A stretch of DNA of 64,000 nucleotides from Leptospira sp. (GTDB taxonomy: Bacteria > Spirochaetota > Leptospiria > Leptospirales > Leptospiraceae): NCBI GenBank assembly GCA_034439575.1, contig JAWXAQ010000016.1, positions 288,001 through 352,000 on the forward strand, written 5' to 3'. Shown piece after piece: positions 41,384 to 50,823 of this stretch; position 1 is the stretch's first letter, and each line of letters begins with the position of its first letter. Both the position numbers and the translations under genes were made by a program. The notes under the pieces were generated by a model, which was given only the letters and a program-made list of their open reading frames with translations, was not told the DNA's origin and did not search any database.

Positions 41384-41983
41384 ATGGAAAATAAATTTGT
41401 TAATAAAACTAGGTTTTTTCAATCTTCAATTTCAGTAATAATTATAGGATATTTGTTTTTTGGGTGTGGATTCTCTAAGAAATCTGAAACTCGATCGCTT
41501 GAGAAAATTCCAACAAATATTGATGTATCAAAAATAGAGAAAAAATTTGTAGTTCCAGACCCCACAAACCTTCACTCAAAATTATCTGATTTGGAATATC
41601 GAGTGACTAGGGAAGATGAAACTGAACCACCATTTAAAAATCTATATTGGAACCATCATGAGGAAGGTATCTACGTCGATATCGTTTCTGGAGAGCCCTT
41701 ATTTAGTTCCAGAGACAAATTTGAATCAGGAACTGGATGGCCTAGTTTCACTCGACCAATCGTTGCCAACTTCATAGTTCAAAAGAAAGATGACGCTTAT
41801 GGAATGACAAGGGTAGAGGTGAGAAGTAAGATTGGGGATTCCCATTTAGGACATGTTTTTGATGACGGACCACAACCGACAGGTCTACGTTATTGTATCA
41901 ATTCTGCATCGCTTAGATTTATAGGAAAGGACGATTTAATGAAGTTTGGTTATGGGGAATTATTAAAGGATTTTGAAAAGTGA
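41384..41983 (+). CDS. msrB: Peptide-methionine (R)-S-oxide reductase with lipoprotein-like N-terminus
   Basis: [38 protein letters not shown]-terminal YLFFGC. Confidence 0.93.
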   Translation: MENKFVNKTRFFQSSISVIIIGYLFFGCGFSKKSETRSLEKIPTNIDVSKIEKKFVVPDPTNLHSKLSDLEYRVTREDETEPPFKNLYWNHHEEGIYVDIVSGEPLFSSRDKFESGTGWPSFTRPIVANFIVQKKDDAYGMTRVEVRSKIGDSHLGHVFDDGPQPTGLRYCINSASLRFIGKDDLMKFGYGELLKDFEK

Positions 41984-42006
41984 AAAGGATTTTGTGAAAG
42001 GTGTTT

Positions 42007-42789
42007 TTAGTAATTGAGTAAAAATTCTTCGTCCTTTCTAAGTGCAATGAGTTCATATTTAATCTCGAAAAGCTCGTCCCTATGTATTTCTTTTTTCCAT
42101 CGAGCTCTTTTTTTTAGATTATATAGGCGCAGTTGCAGTCTGAGCAATCCAATTACAGTATCATCAATCTCGTTTTTGTATAACGATTGAAATAAGGGTT
42201 CAAGTTGGCTTGGCACATCCATTTTGATTAATTCTACGGCCGTTAGGTCATGGATATTTTTTATTGCCCATAAATGTAAAGTGATGGTACAGATTCGTTC
42301 TAATTGAGAAATTTCTTCTTTGATTGTTTTGAAAGTTTGTTGTTTGAAAAAACGAATTCGTTTTTCGAGATAATTTGAAAGTTCTTGAATGGGAATATCT
42401 CGGTTTTTAATTTGATTCCATTCGCCTTGCAGTTGTTCCCAGATCGATTCTCCAAAAAAGATAGAGGCATTTTCCAATAATTGAATGGAGCCTGGTTCTT
42501 TGATTCGCATTCTAAGTTTCAGAGATTCGGAGTCGCCAGCAATCATATTCACAGGTGCTACGTCTTCGAGATGATTCAGTGCTTGGGAAACTGATTCAAT
42601 GAAACTAGGTTTCATTTGATCTGTGGAGTTTGCTAAAAGATAAAAGTTAAGATCTGAGTATTCGTTAAAATCTCCGCGTTCCCTAGATCCATAAAAAAGA
42701 ATTTGAAAAGGTTTATGTGAACGAATTAATTCCAATTCATCCAAAACTTTAGCATATAAGTGGGGATTTAATGGCTCGAATTCAGACAT
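42007..42789 (-). CDS. Nucleotidyltransferase-domain protein with helical C-terminal domain
   Basis: LFYGSRERGDFNEYSDLNF (pol-beta/MNT signature). Confidence 0.75.
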   Translation of the reverse strand: MSEFEPLNPHLYAKVLDELELIRSHKPFQILFYGSRERGDFNEYSDLNFYLLANSTDQMKPSFIESVSQALNHLEDVAPVNMIAGDSESLKLRMRIKEPGSIQLLENASIFFGESIWEQLQGEWNQIKNRDIPIQELSNYLEKRIRFFKQQTFKTIKEEISQLERICTITLHLWAIKNIHDLTAVELIKMDVPSQLEPLFQSLYKNEIDDTVIGLLRLQLRLYNLKKRARWKKEIHRDELFEIKYELIALRKDEEFLLNY

Positions 42790-42792
42790 GTA

Positions 42793-42999
42793 TTATTCAA
42801 AAAATAATTTCATTCGCGATAGGTTTTCTAGAATTGCTTTGAACGCACGATCTCGTTCTTCCACACCTGGAAAAGGTAAAGTTTTTATATTGTTTAGGTC
42901 TTGGTAGATAATTTCAATGTTTGGCTGAGTTGAATTCTTTTTTATGGAAGCAATATAGTCCAGATTTATAACTTCAGATTCCCCTAATTTTAACCACAT
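42793..42999 (-). CDS. Small hypothetical protein
   Basis: 68 aa (MWLKL...VINLDYIASI), ending 3 nt before the NTase start. Confidence 0.7.
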   Translation of the reverse strand: MWLKLGESEVINLDYIASIKKNSTQPNIEIIYQDLNNIKTLPFPGVEERDRAFKAILENLSRMKLFFE

Positions 43000-43100
43000 T
43001 TGATTGGTACCGATTTCTTCTCAAAACTATGGGGACTGTATCATTTGCCTAATCTTTTTCTAATTATTTTTGCCAAATTATAAGTCTTTAGACCCTTATA

Positions 43101-43652
43101 ATGATGGTCACTACGCTTAGATTTGAAGGATTTATTTATCAAAGTGGGCAATTTCGTTTGCCTCGCTCATGCAAAGCAGTGAACGAATTGGACTACGATG
43201 TCAGCCGAAATACCAGCTTTCTAATTCCAAAAGTCTATTATTTAAGATTTTTCAAAGGCAAAAAAAACCTAAATGCGGTAGTTAAATATTTATTAGAAGA
43301 AAGTAGCTCCACAATACTTTTTGGTTTAAAATGTGAAATGAAAAGGACCTCTGCTGTTTCTTATCAAGATCAGGGTTTGGATTTGGTAAAAGTTTCGTGT
43401 CGGATTGAAGAAAGCTTATTGATTGAACTGGAAGCAATGTCCAATTATTTTCGGATGTCTAAATGCCGATTGCTTTCGGTTATGATGAGGCTGAAAAGAT
43501 TGGGATGGTTACGGTTGGTCCGTCGATTTGGAATTATAAGAGATACCACAAAATTCGCTTCATTAACATACGCTTTAACCATTAACCCCAAAGCATACCC
43601 TAGACCTCAATATACATCTCAAATAATCGAAATTTTGAAAGATTCGTCTTAA
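43101..43652 (+). CDS. DUF1564-like Leptospira paralogous family protein
   Basis: YQDQGLDLVKVSCR...ELEAMSNYFRMSKCRLL pattern typical of the family. Confidence 0.6.
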   Translation: MMVTTLRFEGFIYQSGQFRLPRSCKAVNELDYDVSRNTSFLIPKVYYLRFFKGKKNLNAVVKYLLEESSSTILFGLKCEMKRTSAVSYQDQGLDLVKVSCRIEESLLIELEAMSNYFRMSKCRLLSVMMRLKRLGWLRLVRRFGIIRDTTKFASLTYALTINPKAYPRPQYTSQIIEILKDSS

Positions 43653-43668
43653 TTAAATAAACTATAAT

Positions 43669-44229
43669 TTAAAATAGTATCAAACTTTCTTTAACATGTG
43701 TATGGAAATTTTGAGATATTACTTCTGTTCCAATATTTTTTTGATTTTCAATTTCAGTTTCAATGACTATCAAATATCCGTTGTGGATAGTTTCCCACCG
43801 GCAATAGCTACTCTCAATTTTGGTCGTTGATTTCTGGATAACAACTGTTATAATTTTTGATTGCCAATTAAAATAAAAAACTTTTGAATCAGAATTAGTT
43901 TGAAGATATGGAAAATTGTATTTATTTTCTTGATTTGTTGAAGAAATTTTAACCCAATTAAGTAGTGTTTGATTATCCTTATATGATATTTTATAAGAAA
44001 TTCCATTTCCGTAAAGATTATTAGATTCAATCAATGTAAAAGGTGTTTTAGGTGACCATATTGAATCATATGTTACTCGAAGCACGGCCGGAGAAACTTC
44101 TTTAGATTTATTAATTTCTTTAATTTCAGTATTATCTTTATTAAATGTATTACAATCAAAGACTATAAAGATTGTTATTAAAATTACCTGGATTTGATAC
44201 TTAATGTGATATTTCAAATTGATCGCCAT
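43669..44229 (-). CDS. Hypothetical lipoprotein-like protein (AT-rich)
   Basis: Hydrophobic segment ending IVFDC; start uncertain (overlaps the upstream gene). Confidence 0.55.
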   Translation of the reverse strand: MAINLKYHIKYQIQVILITIFIVFDCNTFNKDNTEIKEINKSKEVSPAVLRVTYDSIWSPKTPFTLIESNNLYGNGISYKISYKDNQTLLNWVKISSTNQENKYNFPYLQTNSDSKVFYFNWQSKIITVVIQKSTTKIESSYCRWETIHNGYLIVIETEIENQKNIGTEVISQNFHTHVKESLILF

Positions 44230-45265
44230 TGTAATTTTTCATTAGAAATCCCTTGTTTGTTTTTTGAACAAGATAATCTGGATTTAAGGTAACTTTTCCA
44301 CCTCCGCCAGTCAGATCTTTAACATATGTTGGTTGGCAAATACCTGATTGTTTGCCCCTAAGTGAATGTATTAATTCGATTCCTTTTGTAATAGGTACCA
44401 CAAACCCACTGCTGCCATATACTTCATCGCATTGATGTAAATAATATGGTTTTACTCCAGATTTTATAAGATCGTAATTTAACTTTTGAAGAATACTACT
44501 ATCGTCATTGATTCCTTTTAACAGTACAGATTGGTTTAGTAAAATCACGTTCCCTCTTTGAATTAATTTTCGAAGGGCGTCTTTTGCATCAGAAGTTAAT
44601 TCTTTCGGATGGTTAAAATGTGTTACTATGTAAATCGGGAAAAAACGCTTTAATAAATTGCAAAGAGCATCATCAATTCGCATGGGAAGAGTAACTGGAT
44701 AACGGGTATGAATCCTGATTTGATTGATATGTTTAATTTTGCTGAGTTCTTCCAAAATATATTCTAACTGAGTTGTATTTAATGAAAGTGGATCACCACC
44801 AGAAAGTATCACTTCCTTGATTTCTGGCGTATTTTTAAAGTATTCCAAAGCGATTTCCCATTCTGAACGATTTGGAGTTTCGTCTGGTTTGGAAACTTTG
44901 CGTTTTCTCGTGCAAAATCGACAGTATACCGCACATACATGTGAGAGGTACCACAAAGCTCGATCCGGATACCTATGAGTCACACCTTTCACAGGCATAT
45001 TAGCCTGTTCTGCAAGTGGATCTTCTACTTCATTTTCCTTTCGAATGAGTTCTTCTGCTTGTGGTATCGCTTGTTTTCTTATTGGACAATTCAGATCATT
45101 CGGATCAATCAGTGAAAGATAATAGGGAGTCACTGAGAAAGAGAAAATTTCTTTGGCCTGTTCAAAAGTGGCAATTTCTGAAGCAGTAAGCTTAATGCTG
45201 TTTTGTAAATCCTCTAGATGAACAATTCGATTCTGCAATTGCCATTTCCAATCGTTCCAGCTCAT
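44201..45265 (-). CDS. epmB: KamA-family radical SAM lysine 2,3-aminomutase (EpmB-like)
   Basis: THRYPDR, CAVYCRFCTR, LSGGDPL, NQSVLLKGIND, PYYLHQCD; divergent from efp. Confidence 0.88.
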   Translation of the reverse strand: MSWNDWKWQLQNRIVHLEDLQNSIKLTASEIATFEQAKEIFSFSVTPYYLSLIDPNDLNCPIRKQAIPQAEELIRKENEVEDPLAEQANMPVKGVTHRYPDRALWYLSHVCAVYCRFCTRKRKVSKPDETPNRSEWEIALEYFKNTPEIKEVILSGGDPLSLNTTQLEYILEELSKIKHINQIRIHTRYPVTLPMRIDDALCNLLKRFFPIYIVTHFNHPKELTSDAKDALRKLIQRGNVILLNQSVLLKGINDDSSILQKLNYDLIKSGVKPYYLHQCDEVYGSSGFVVPITKGIELIHSLRGKQSGICQPTYVKDLTGGGGKVTLNPDYLVQKTNKGFLMKNYNGDQFEISH

Positions 45266-45333
45266 AACTTATAACCATTGTTGGATTGACACTTCGGCAA
45301 GTCCCTCGGATTTTGTTTACGAGCATTGAAAAT

Positions 45334-45900
45334 ATGACATTAGGCATCACAGAAGTAAAAAAAGGGATGATTCTCAAAATTGAGAATGAACTCTATTCGG
45401 TCGTAAAATCTGAATTCGTAAATCCAGGCAAGGGTTCTGCATTCATTAGAACAAAATTGAAAAATATCATACGTGACTCTTCTATTGAGCGCACTTTTAA
45501 AGCTGCGGAAAAATTAGAGAGCGTAGATTTGGAAAAGCGTAAAATGCAATATTGTTACGCTGATGGAGATGATATCATTTTCATGGACGTAAATGATTAC
45601 GAACAAATCCCCGTTTCAAAAGACTATGTTGAAGACATTCTTCCATTTATGAAAGAAGAGACCCAAGTAGAAGTTTCTTTCTATGAAGATAAACCAATCG
45701 GCGTGATACCACCAAATTTCGCAATTTTAGAAGTCACATACGCGGAAGATGGGCTCAAAGGTGATACTACGGGTTTAGCATTAAAACGAGTAACTGTTGA
45801 AACAGGTGGGGAAGTAAATGTCCCAATTTTTATCAAACAAGGTGATTTTGTTAAGATAGATTTAAGAGATTTAACTTATGTAGAGAGGGTGAATAAGTAA
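45334..45900 (+). CDS. efp: Translation elongation factor P
   Basis: VNPGKGSAFIRTKLKN, GLKGDT, VETG..VNVPIFI, YVERV. Confidence 0.97.
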   Translation: MTLGITEVKKGMILKIENELYSVVKSEFVNPGKGSAFIRTKLKNIIRDSSIERTFKAAEKLESVDLEKRKMQYCYADGDDIIFMDVNDYEQIPVSKDYVEDILPFMKEETQVEVSFYEDKPIGVIPPNFAILEVTYAEDGLKGDTTGLALKRVTVETGGEVNVPIFIKQGDFVKIDLRDLTYVERVNK

Positions 45901-45902
45901 TC

Positions 45903-46532
45903 TTGGGTGACCAAGAATCTAAACGCGAGATAGTAAGGCTCGCAAAGATTTATTATGATCGGCAGTGGATGTTTGCCACTGCCGGCAATTTATCATTCCG
46001 ATCTATAACCCCTGAACAATTTTGGATCACTGCCTCAGGCAAAAATAAGAACTCGCTAACAGACGATGATTTTGTTTGCATTGAAATCGCTTCGATGTCT
46101 CTCCTTAATTCAAAGTTTAACAATAAACCTTCGGCAGAAACTTCGATTCATCGCTCAATCTATAATTTTTTTCCTATTGCGAACTCAATATTGCATGTTC
46201 ACACTCTGTCGTCTAACTTATTGAACTTTAATTTGTCCAAAGTTGAAAAATACCGACTTGTTCCAATTCCAAATATCGAAATTATAAAAGCATTTGGTAT
46301 ATGGGATGAAAAACCCAATCTGGAAATGGCAGTATTCTATAATTTTGGTGAAGTAAATCAAATTGCAGAATCTATTAGTCAATTTTTAATCGAATGTCCA
46401 AATTATAAATTGCCGTTCGTTTTGGTAGAAGAGCATGGGCCCACTGTTTGGGGTCCTTCAATAGACATTACAAATCGATATTTAGAAGCGACAGCATTTC
46501 TGTTTGATATAATGAAAGAAATTCGCAAATGA
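45903..46532 (+). CDS. mtnB: Methylthioribulose-1-phosphate dehydratase (class II aldolase fold)
   Basis: WMFATAGNLS, ITASGK, KPSAETSIH, LHVH, HGPTVWG. Confidence 0.85.
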   Translation: MGDQESKREIVRLAKIYYDRQWMFATAGNLSFRSITPEQFWITASGKNKNSLTDDDFVCIEIASMSLLNSKFNNKPSAETSIHRSIYNFFPIANSILHVHTLSSNLLNFNLSKVEKYRLVPIPNIEIIKAFGIWDEKPNLEMAVFYNFGEVNQIAESISQFLIECPNYKLPFVLVEEHGPTVWGPSIDITNRYLEATAFLFDIMKEIRK

Positions 46533-47263
46533 AAAAAACGATACTTGTATTTGGTGCAGGCTCAGGGCTAGGTGCAGGGATATTAAACAAAATTAACAAT
46601 AGTATTGCGAATGAAAATAAACTAAACTTTGATATATTTGGTTTTTCGCGAAGAGGGAGACTTTATGAAAATTCATTCAATAATTTTGAAAATAATCAAT
46701 TTGATCTAAGCCTCGAATCAAACTATACTCATTTCCAAAAATGTTTTGAATCTTATCACCAAAATTTAACAAGCGATAAAGAAAACAATCATCGTGAGCT
46801 TATCGTATACTTCGCGCAAGGCGATGGGTTGTTCAATTCGATAGAAAACATTTCAGATTCAGAATTAAAGAATCATTTTCAATTAAATTTATTTTCTATA
46901 TTTAAACTTCTGAAAATTTTATATGCAAATATATCTAATTATCGACTTGTTACATTAATTTTTATTTCATCAACTGCTTCGAAAGTGGGATTTGCTGATT
47001 CTACGGCCTATTGTGCTTCTAAACATGCTATTTCCGGTTTGGCAAAAGCGATCCGAGAAGAATGGAAAGAAAAGGGAGTAAAAGTCGTCAATGCGTATTT
47101 AGGTGCTGTCGACACTCCGATCTGGAATAATCGCCCTTATTTTAACAAAAATGATATGATTTCTTTGGACGATGTTTCTGAATTCCTTGCAAGTTTAACT
47201 AACATACCACAAACTCTATATCTCGACGAAATTCATCTGACTCCGAGAAAGGGAATATTATAA
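46529..47263 (+). CDS. Short-chain dehydrogenase/reductase
   Basis: FGAGSGLG, ISSTAS, YCASK. Confidence 0.85.
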   Translation: MKKTILVFGAGSGLGAGILNKINNSIANENKLNFDIFGFSRRGRLYENSFNNFENNQFDLSLESNYTHFQKCFESYHQNLTSDKENNHRELIVYFAQGDGLFNSIENISDSELKNHFQLNLFSIFKLLKILYANISNYRLVTLIFISSTASKVGFADSTAYCASKHAISGLAKAIREEWKEKGVKVVNAYLGAVDTPIWNNRPYFNKNDMISLDDVSEFLASLTNIPQTLYLDEIHLTPRKGIL

Positions 47264-47265
47264 AC

Positions 47266-48003
47266 ATGGAAGTACCAGAATCCATCATTCTTGTGACTGG
47301 CGGAAGTGGCGGTATAGGGCGGGAGATTGTTCGATCTTTAGTTCTCTCGGGTTTTTCCGTTTGGAACATAGATAAAGTGCGCCCCGATTCACCTGTTATG
47401 CAAGAAACTTTCAGGGAAATTGATTTATCAGAACCCCTTTTCGTTTTGGAGAGAAACTTAACAAAGTTAATACAAGAATGCACACAAACTGGTGAAATTT
47501 ATGGAATTGTACATTGTGCGGGATATGGAGGCCCCTATCATCAGATAACAGAAGTAAGCATTGATGAATGGCAGTCTATTTTCAGAGTGAATATAGACTC
47601 ATTATTTCTCTTGTTAAAAATATTACTTCCGATTTTTAAAAAATCAAAGCATGGCAGAATCATTGCAATTGGATCTTCATTATCTATCATTGGGCAATCT
47701 TTGTCCGTCACATATTCGGCATCCAAACATGCGTTAGTCGGGTTAATAAAATCCATAGCAGATGAATGGGGCGAGTTTGGAATCACAGCAAATTGTATTA
47801 GTCCAGGTTATGTTGAAACAAAAATGGGGGTAAATGACTCTGAAATTTTAGGACACAGAGAAAAAATTATAAATAAAACACCGGTGAAACGAATTGCTGA
47901 TCCATCGGAAATATCTCGAGTTGTTAGTTTCCTTGTCCAAAGAGAGTCAAGTTATATCACGGGTGCCAACTGGACTGTTGATGGGGGCATAACAGCAATC
48001 TAA
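47266..48003 (+). CDS. Short-chain dehydrogenase/reductase (FabG-like)
   Basis: TGGSGGIG, YSASK, NCISPGYVET, YITGANWTVDGG. Confidence 0.9.
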   Translation: MEVPESIILVTGGSGGIGREIVRSLVLSGFSVWNIDKVRPDSPVMQETFREIDLSEPLFVLERNLTKLIQECTQTGEIYGIVHCAGYGGPYHQITEVSIDEWQSIFRVNIDSLFLLLKILLPIFKKSKHGRIIAIGSSLSIIGQSLSVTYSASKHALVGLIKSIADEWGEFGITANCISPGYVETKMGVNDSEILGHREKIINKTPVKRIADPSEISRVVSFLVQRESSYITGANWTVDGGITAI

Positions 48004-48011
48004 TTCATATT

Positions 48012-49838
48012 ATGCGATTCAATCCTCCAAAAGATGCTTTTTTGTCTATAACTTCGAAGGAGATGCTAGGTAGAACTTCTGGCATTATCTTGCAGAAGGA
48101 AGGCCTTACTATTATGAAGGCAATAGAAATTCAAAGTACAAAAGAAAATTTTGATCATGGTCATCTTTTCGAACCTATCACTCAAAATTTTGATAAACTA
48201 AAAATAGCTCATGATATAGCCTTAGATCAAATTTGGGAATTAATTGACTATGGAATTGTTACACAAGTATTTGATCTCAGGTTAGATGAAGTAAATAATG
48301 AACTATACATTAGGCCCTTTTTGGTATCTAATCAAGACGGACTATTTACTCTCGAGGAATCATTTCATAAATTATTATCAAAATCCGTCTCCAAAATCAA
48401 AAGATACATTATAGATAAAAAGCCACTAACAGAAGAATTGTGGCGCCTAATTCTAATTAAAATATCGGATCCAGAATATTTAAAAAATTTCGGTGAGCAA
48501 GATGAACTAGATCGTTGGTTAGACTTAAAAAAATTTCCGTTCCCTCCATCAAAGGAAATGGTCAATTCTGCTAGAAATTTGATTACCGAAGAATTAAATC
48601 GTGATCCAAAACTTATGATCCTTCCCAAAATTGGATTTTACTCTTTTCTGGATTCCCAAGCATTCAATTTTTTACAAATTTCGATGGAAATATTTTTGGC
48701 CAAAATTGAACCATTATTGAAAAATTTGGACTTGGCTTTAAAAGATCGCTTAGACGAATTCAGTCGCCTTGAAAAAGAATCCTTAGCGTCTAACAATGGT
48801 AATGAAATAATATCGATTCAAAAAAGATTAGAAATCTATCTGCCTTTTGAGAAGTTAATGAATGAGAAGGGCTATGATCTCTATCTTTCTGTACTAAATA
48901 AACTATCAAAAGTTGCGGAGAAGACTATAGAGGCTGAAAAAAAACAAGAAATAGAAAAACTGCTATTGGTTTATCTTAAAATGTTGGAAAGCACTTTCGA
49001 TTTTGATTCTCGGCTTTTAAGATTAAATTTAGAAAAAGAAGATGAAAACCTTCAAATCATCATCGAACAATTAAAAAAGAACCCTAATGTCCTATCAGCT
49101 GAATGGCATGATGATACGACTAAGATTATAGTATTTTCCTTAAAAAATATTCAAAGTTTAAAAGATATTAATAAGCTAATTTATGAAAATCATAGATTTA
49201 CCACCGAATACATATTATACTTCAAATCCCTAATAGAATTTAATGAACCGGATATCAAGCCAATTTTTCAAGATGAAGAATTTGTTAAGTTTTATGGAAG
49301 AAATCTGCAAGCTGTGTATTTCAATTATATCCCTTGGTTTTATAAATTTTTTTATTATATTGGGATAACGCCAATTGTAAACATAGGTTATGCGAAAGCA
49401 AAGTCTATTATTGCTTATTCACAAATGGATCGGCAATTTAAATATAATAAACGTCGTGAAACTTATTTTAAGAAAAAAATTAGAGAAAGAGAAGAACGGT
49501 TGGAAAAAGAAAAAAAATTCCAACACAAAAGAATTCTCATTCAAGCCATTGAAGAAGCCTTCTTTACGAAAAAAACTTTGCCTACTATGGAATGGATTTG
49601 TGCAAATTATCCAATCTTTTCCATGTCTGTGATTGAAAAAATGATTCCTGATTTTGCATTTCAAAAGTTTCCAAATCGAGATTTTACAGATTCTACAATA
49701 CTTACATTTCCCAATTCCCCTGAGTTTGAACTAAGAAATCAAAAACTAAAAGATCTTTTAAATCTTTGGATTCGAGGAGATGAACCTTTTCCGAAAGATT
49801 TGATGCCTCGTTTAACGGAGATTAGAGCAAACATATAA
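48012..49838 (+). CDS. Hypothetical protein (608 aa, helical)
   Basis: Long ORF in tandem with the efp operon; no motif recognised. Confidence 0.75.
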   Translation: MRFNPPKDAFLSITSKEMLGRTSGIILQKEGLTIMKAIEIQSTKENFDHGHLFEPITQNFDKLKIAHDIALDQIWELIDYGIVTQVFDLRLDEVNNELYIRPFLVSNQDGLFTLEESFHKLLSKSVSKIKRYIIDKKPLTEELWRLILIKISDPEYLKNFGEQDELDRWLDLKKFPFPPSKEMVNSARNLITEELNRDPKLMILPKIGFYSFLDSQAFNFLQISMEIFLAKIEPLLKNLDLALKDRLDEFSRLEKESLASNNGNEIISIQKRLEIYLPFEKLMNEKGYDLYLSVLNKLSKVAEKTIEAEKKQEIEKLLLVYLKMLESTFDFDSRLLRLNLEKEDENLQIIIEQLKKNPNVLSAEWHDDTTKIIVFSLKNIQSLKDINKLIYENHRFTTEYILYFKSLIEFNEPDIKPIFQDEEFVKFYGRNLQAVYFNYIPWFYKFFYYIGITPIVNIGYAKAKSIIAYSQMDRQFKYNKRRETYFKKKIREREERLEKEKKFQHKRILIQAIEEAFFTKKTLPTMEWICANYPIFSMSVIEKMIPDFAFQKFPNRDFTDSTILTFPNSPEFELRNQKLKDLLNLWIRGDEPFPKDLMPRLTEIRANI

Positions 49839-49862
49839 TCTTAAGGACTTAGTCCAGACATT

Positions 49863-50819
49863 TTAGAACCAGCGCTTAATTCTAAAATACATGAGCATGC
49901 CTATCCCGGTTAAAATCATAAATCCCAATGACAAGTGATATCCATACTGCCAATTTAAGGTTGGGATATATTGAAAATTCATTCCATAAATGCCCGCAAT
50001 CAATGACATAGGTAACATAATAGCTGTCATAATGGTTAGAATTTTCATGATTTCATTGGTTCGTCTACTCGATAAAGCGATATGTGCTTCCAATGCAGAT
50101 GAAATAGACTCAATATTACTATCCACAAGTTCTAATATTCTAATGGAGTGATCTCTCACGTCTCGAAAAAATGCATCTGCCTCATCACTGAAAAAATTGC
50201 TCTTTATTTTTTCTACATCTTCAAGAACTTCTTTGTTCTGGTTTATTCCTTTTTTCATATTTTGCAAATTTCCGCGAAGGCTATAGACATTTGCGATATC
50301 TAATGTTTTCGCATTGGTAAAAATTTGTTCTTCAAAATGTTCGATTCTTTCTTCAATTTTTTGAGCAATGAGTAAAGTATGATCAGTTTCAATATCCAAA
50401 ATTTTATGAACTATAAATTCATATCCACGAGAGAGTAATTTATGATTGACTTTCCAATCTTCAATTAAATCACCGATACTAGGCCGATAATCTAATGTTA
50501 GACTAATGATCTGATTTTCTGTAAGTATAAAATTAAAGTTCTTCGGAATCAAAATATTTTTTTCGAATTGGAAACCCTTGAATATAAAAAATATATAATT
50601 TGGAAATTTTTCTAATTTTATCCTACTGTTCGGATTTAAAATGTCTTCAATGGTTAAAGGGTGAATTTTGTGTTTTTCAAGTAGTAAGGTTAGCTGGTCC
50701 TCGTTTTCGGCAGTCACATGGATCCAGTGTTTCCCTTGTTTTGCGAGGGGCAATGGTTTATCTAGTACGACTTCTTCTTTGGTGGTAGGGCTTAATATAT
50801 AGTTAAATATTCCTGGCAT
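49863..50819 (-). CDS. corA: CorA magnesium/cobalt transporter
   Basis: HPLTIEDI, RIKLE, NEIMKILT, GIYGMNF signature. Confidence 0.93.
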   Translation of the reverse strand: MPGIFNYILSPTTKEEVVLDKPLPLAKQGKHWIHVTAENEDQLTLLLEKHKIHPLTIEDILNPNSRIKLEKFPNYIFFIFKGFQFEKNILIPKNFNFILTENQIISLTLDYRPSIGDLIEDWKVNHKLLSRGYEFIVHKILDIETDHTLLIAQKIEERIEHFEEQIFTNAKTLDIANVYSLRGNLQNMKKGINQNKEVLEDVEKIKSNFFSDEADAFFRDVRDHSIRILELVDSNIESISSALEAHIALSSRRTNEIMKILTIMTAIMLPMSLIAGIYGMNFQYIPTLNWQYGYHLSLGFMILTGIGMLMYFRIKRWF

Positions 50820-50823
50820 AGTT

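Noticed and set aside
41965-42002. Short direct repeat AAAGGATTTTG at the msrB 3' end
   Set aside because: Only two 11-bp copies in AT-rich DNA; no array or mobile-element context.
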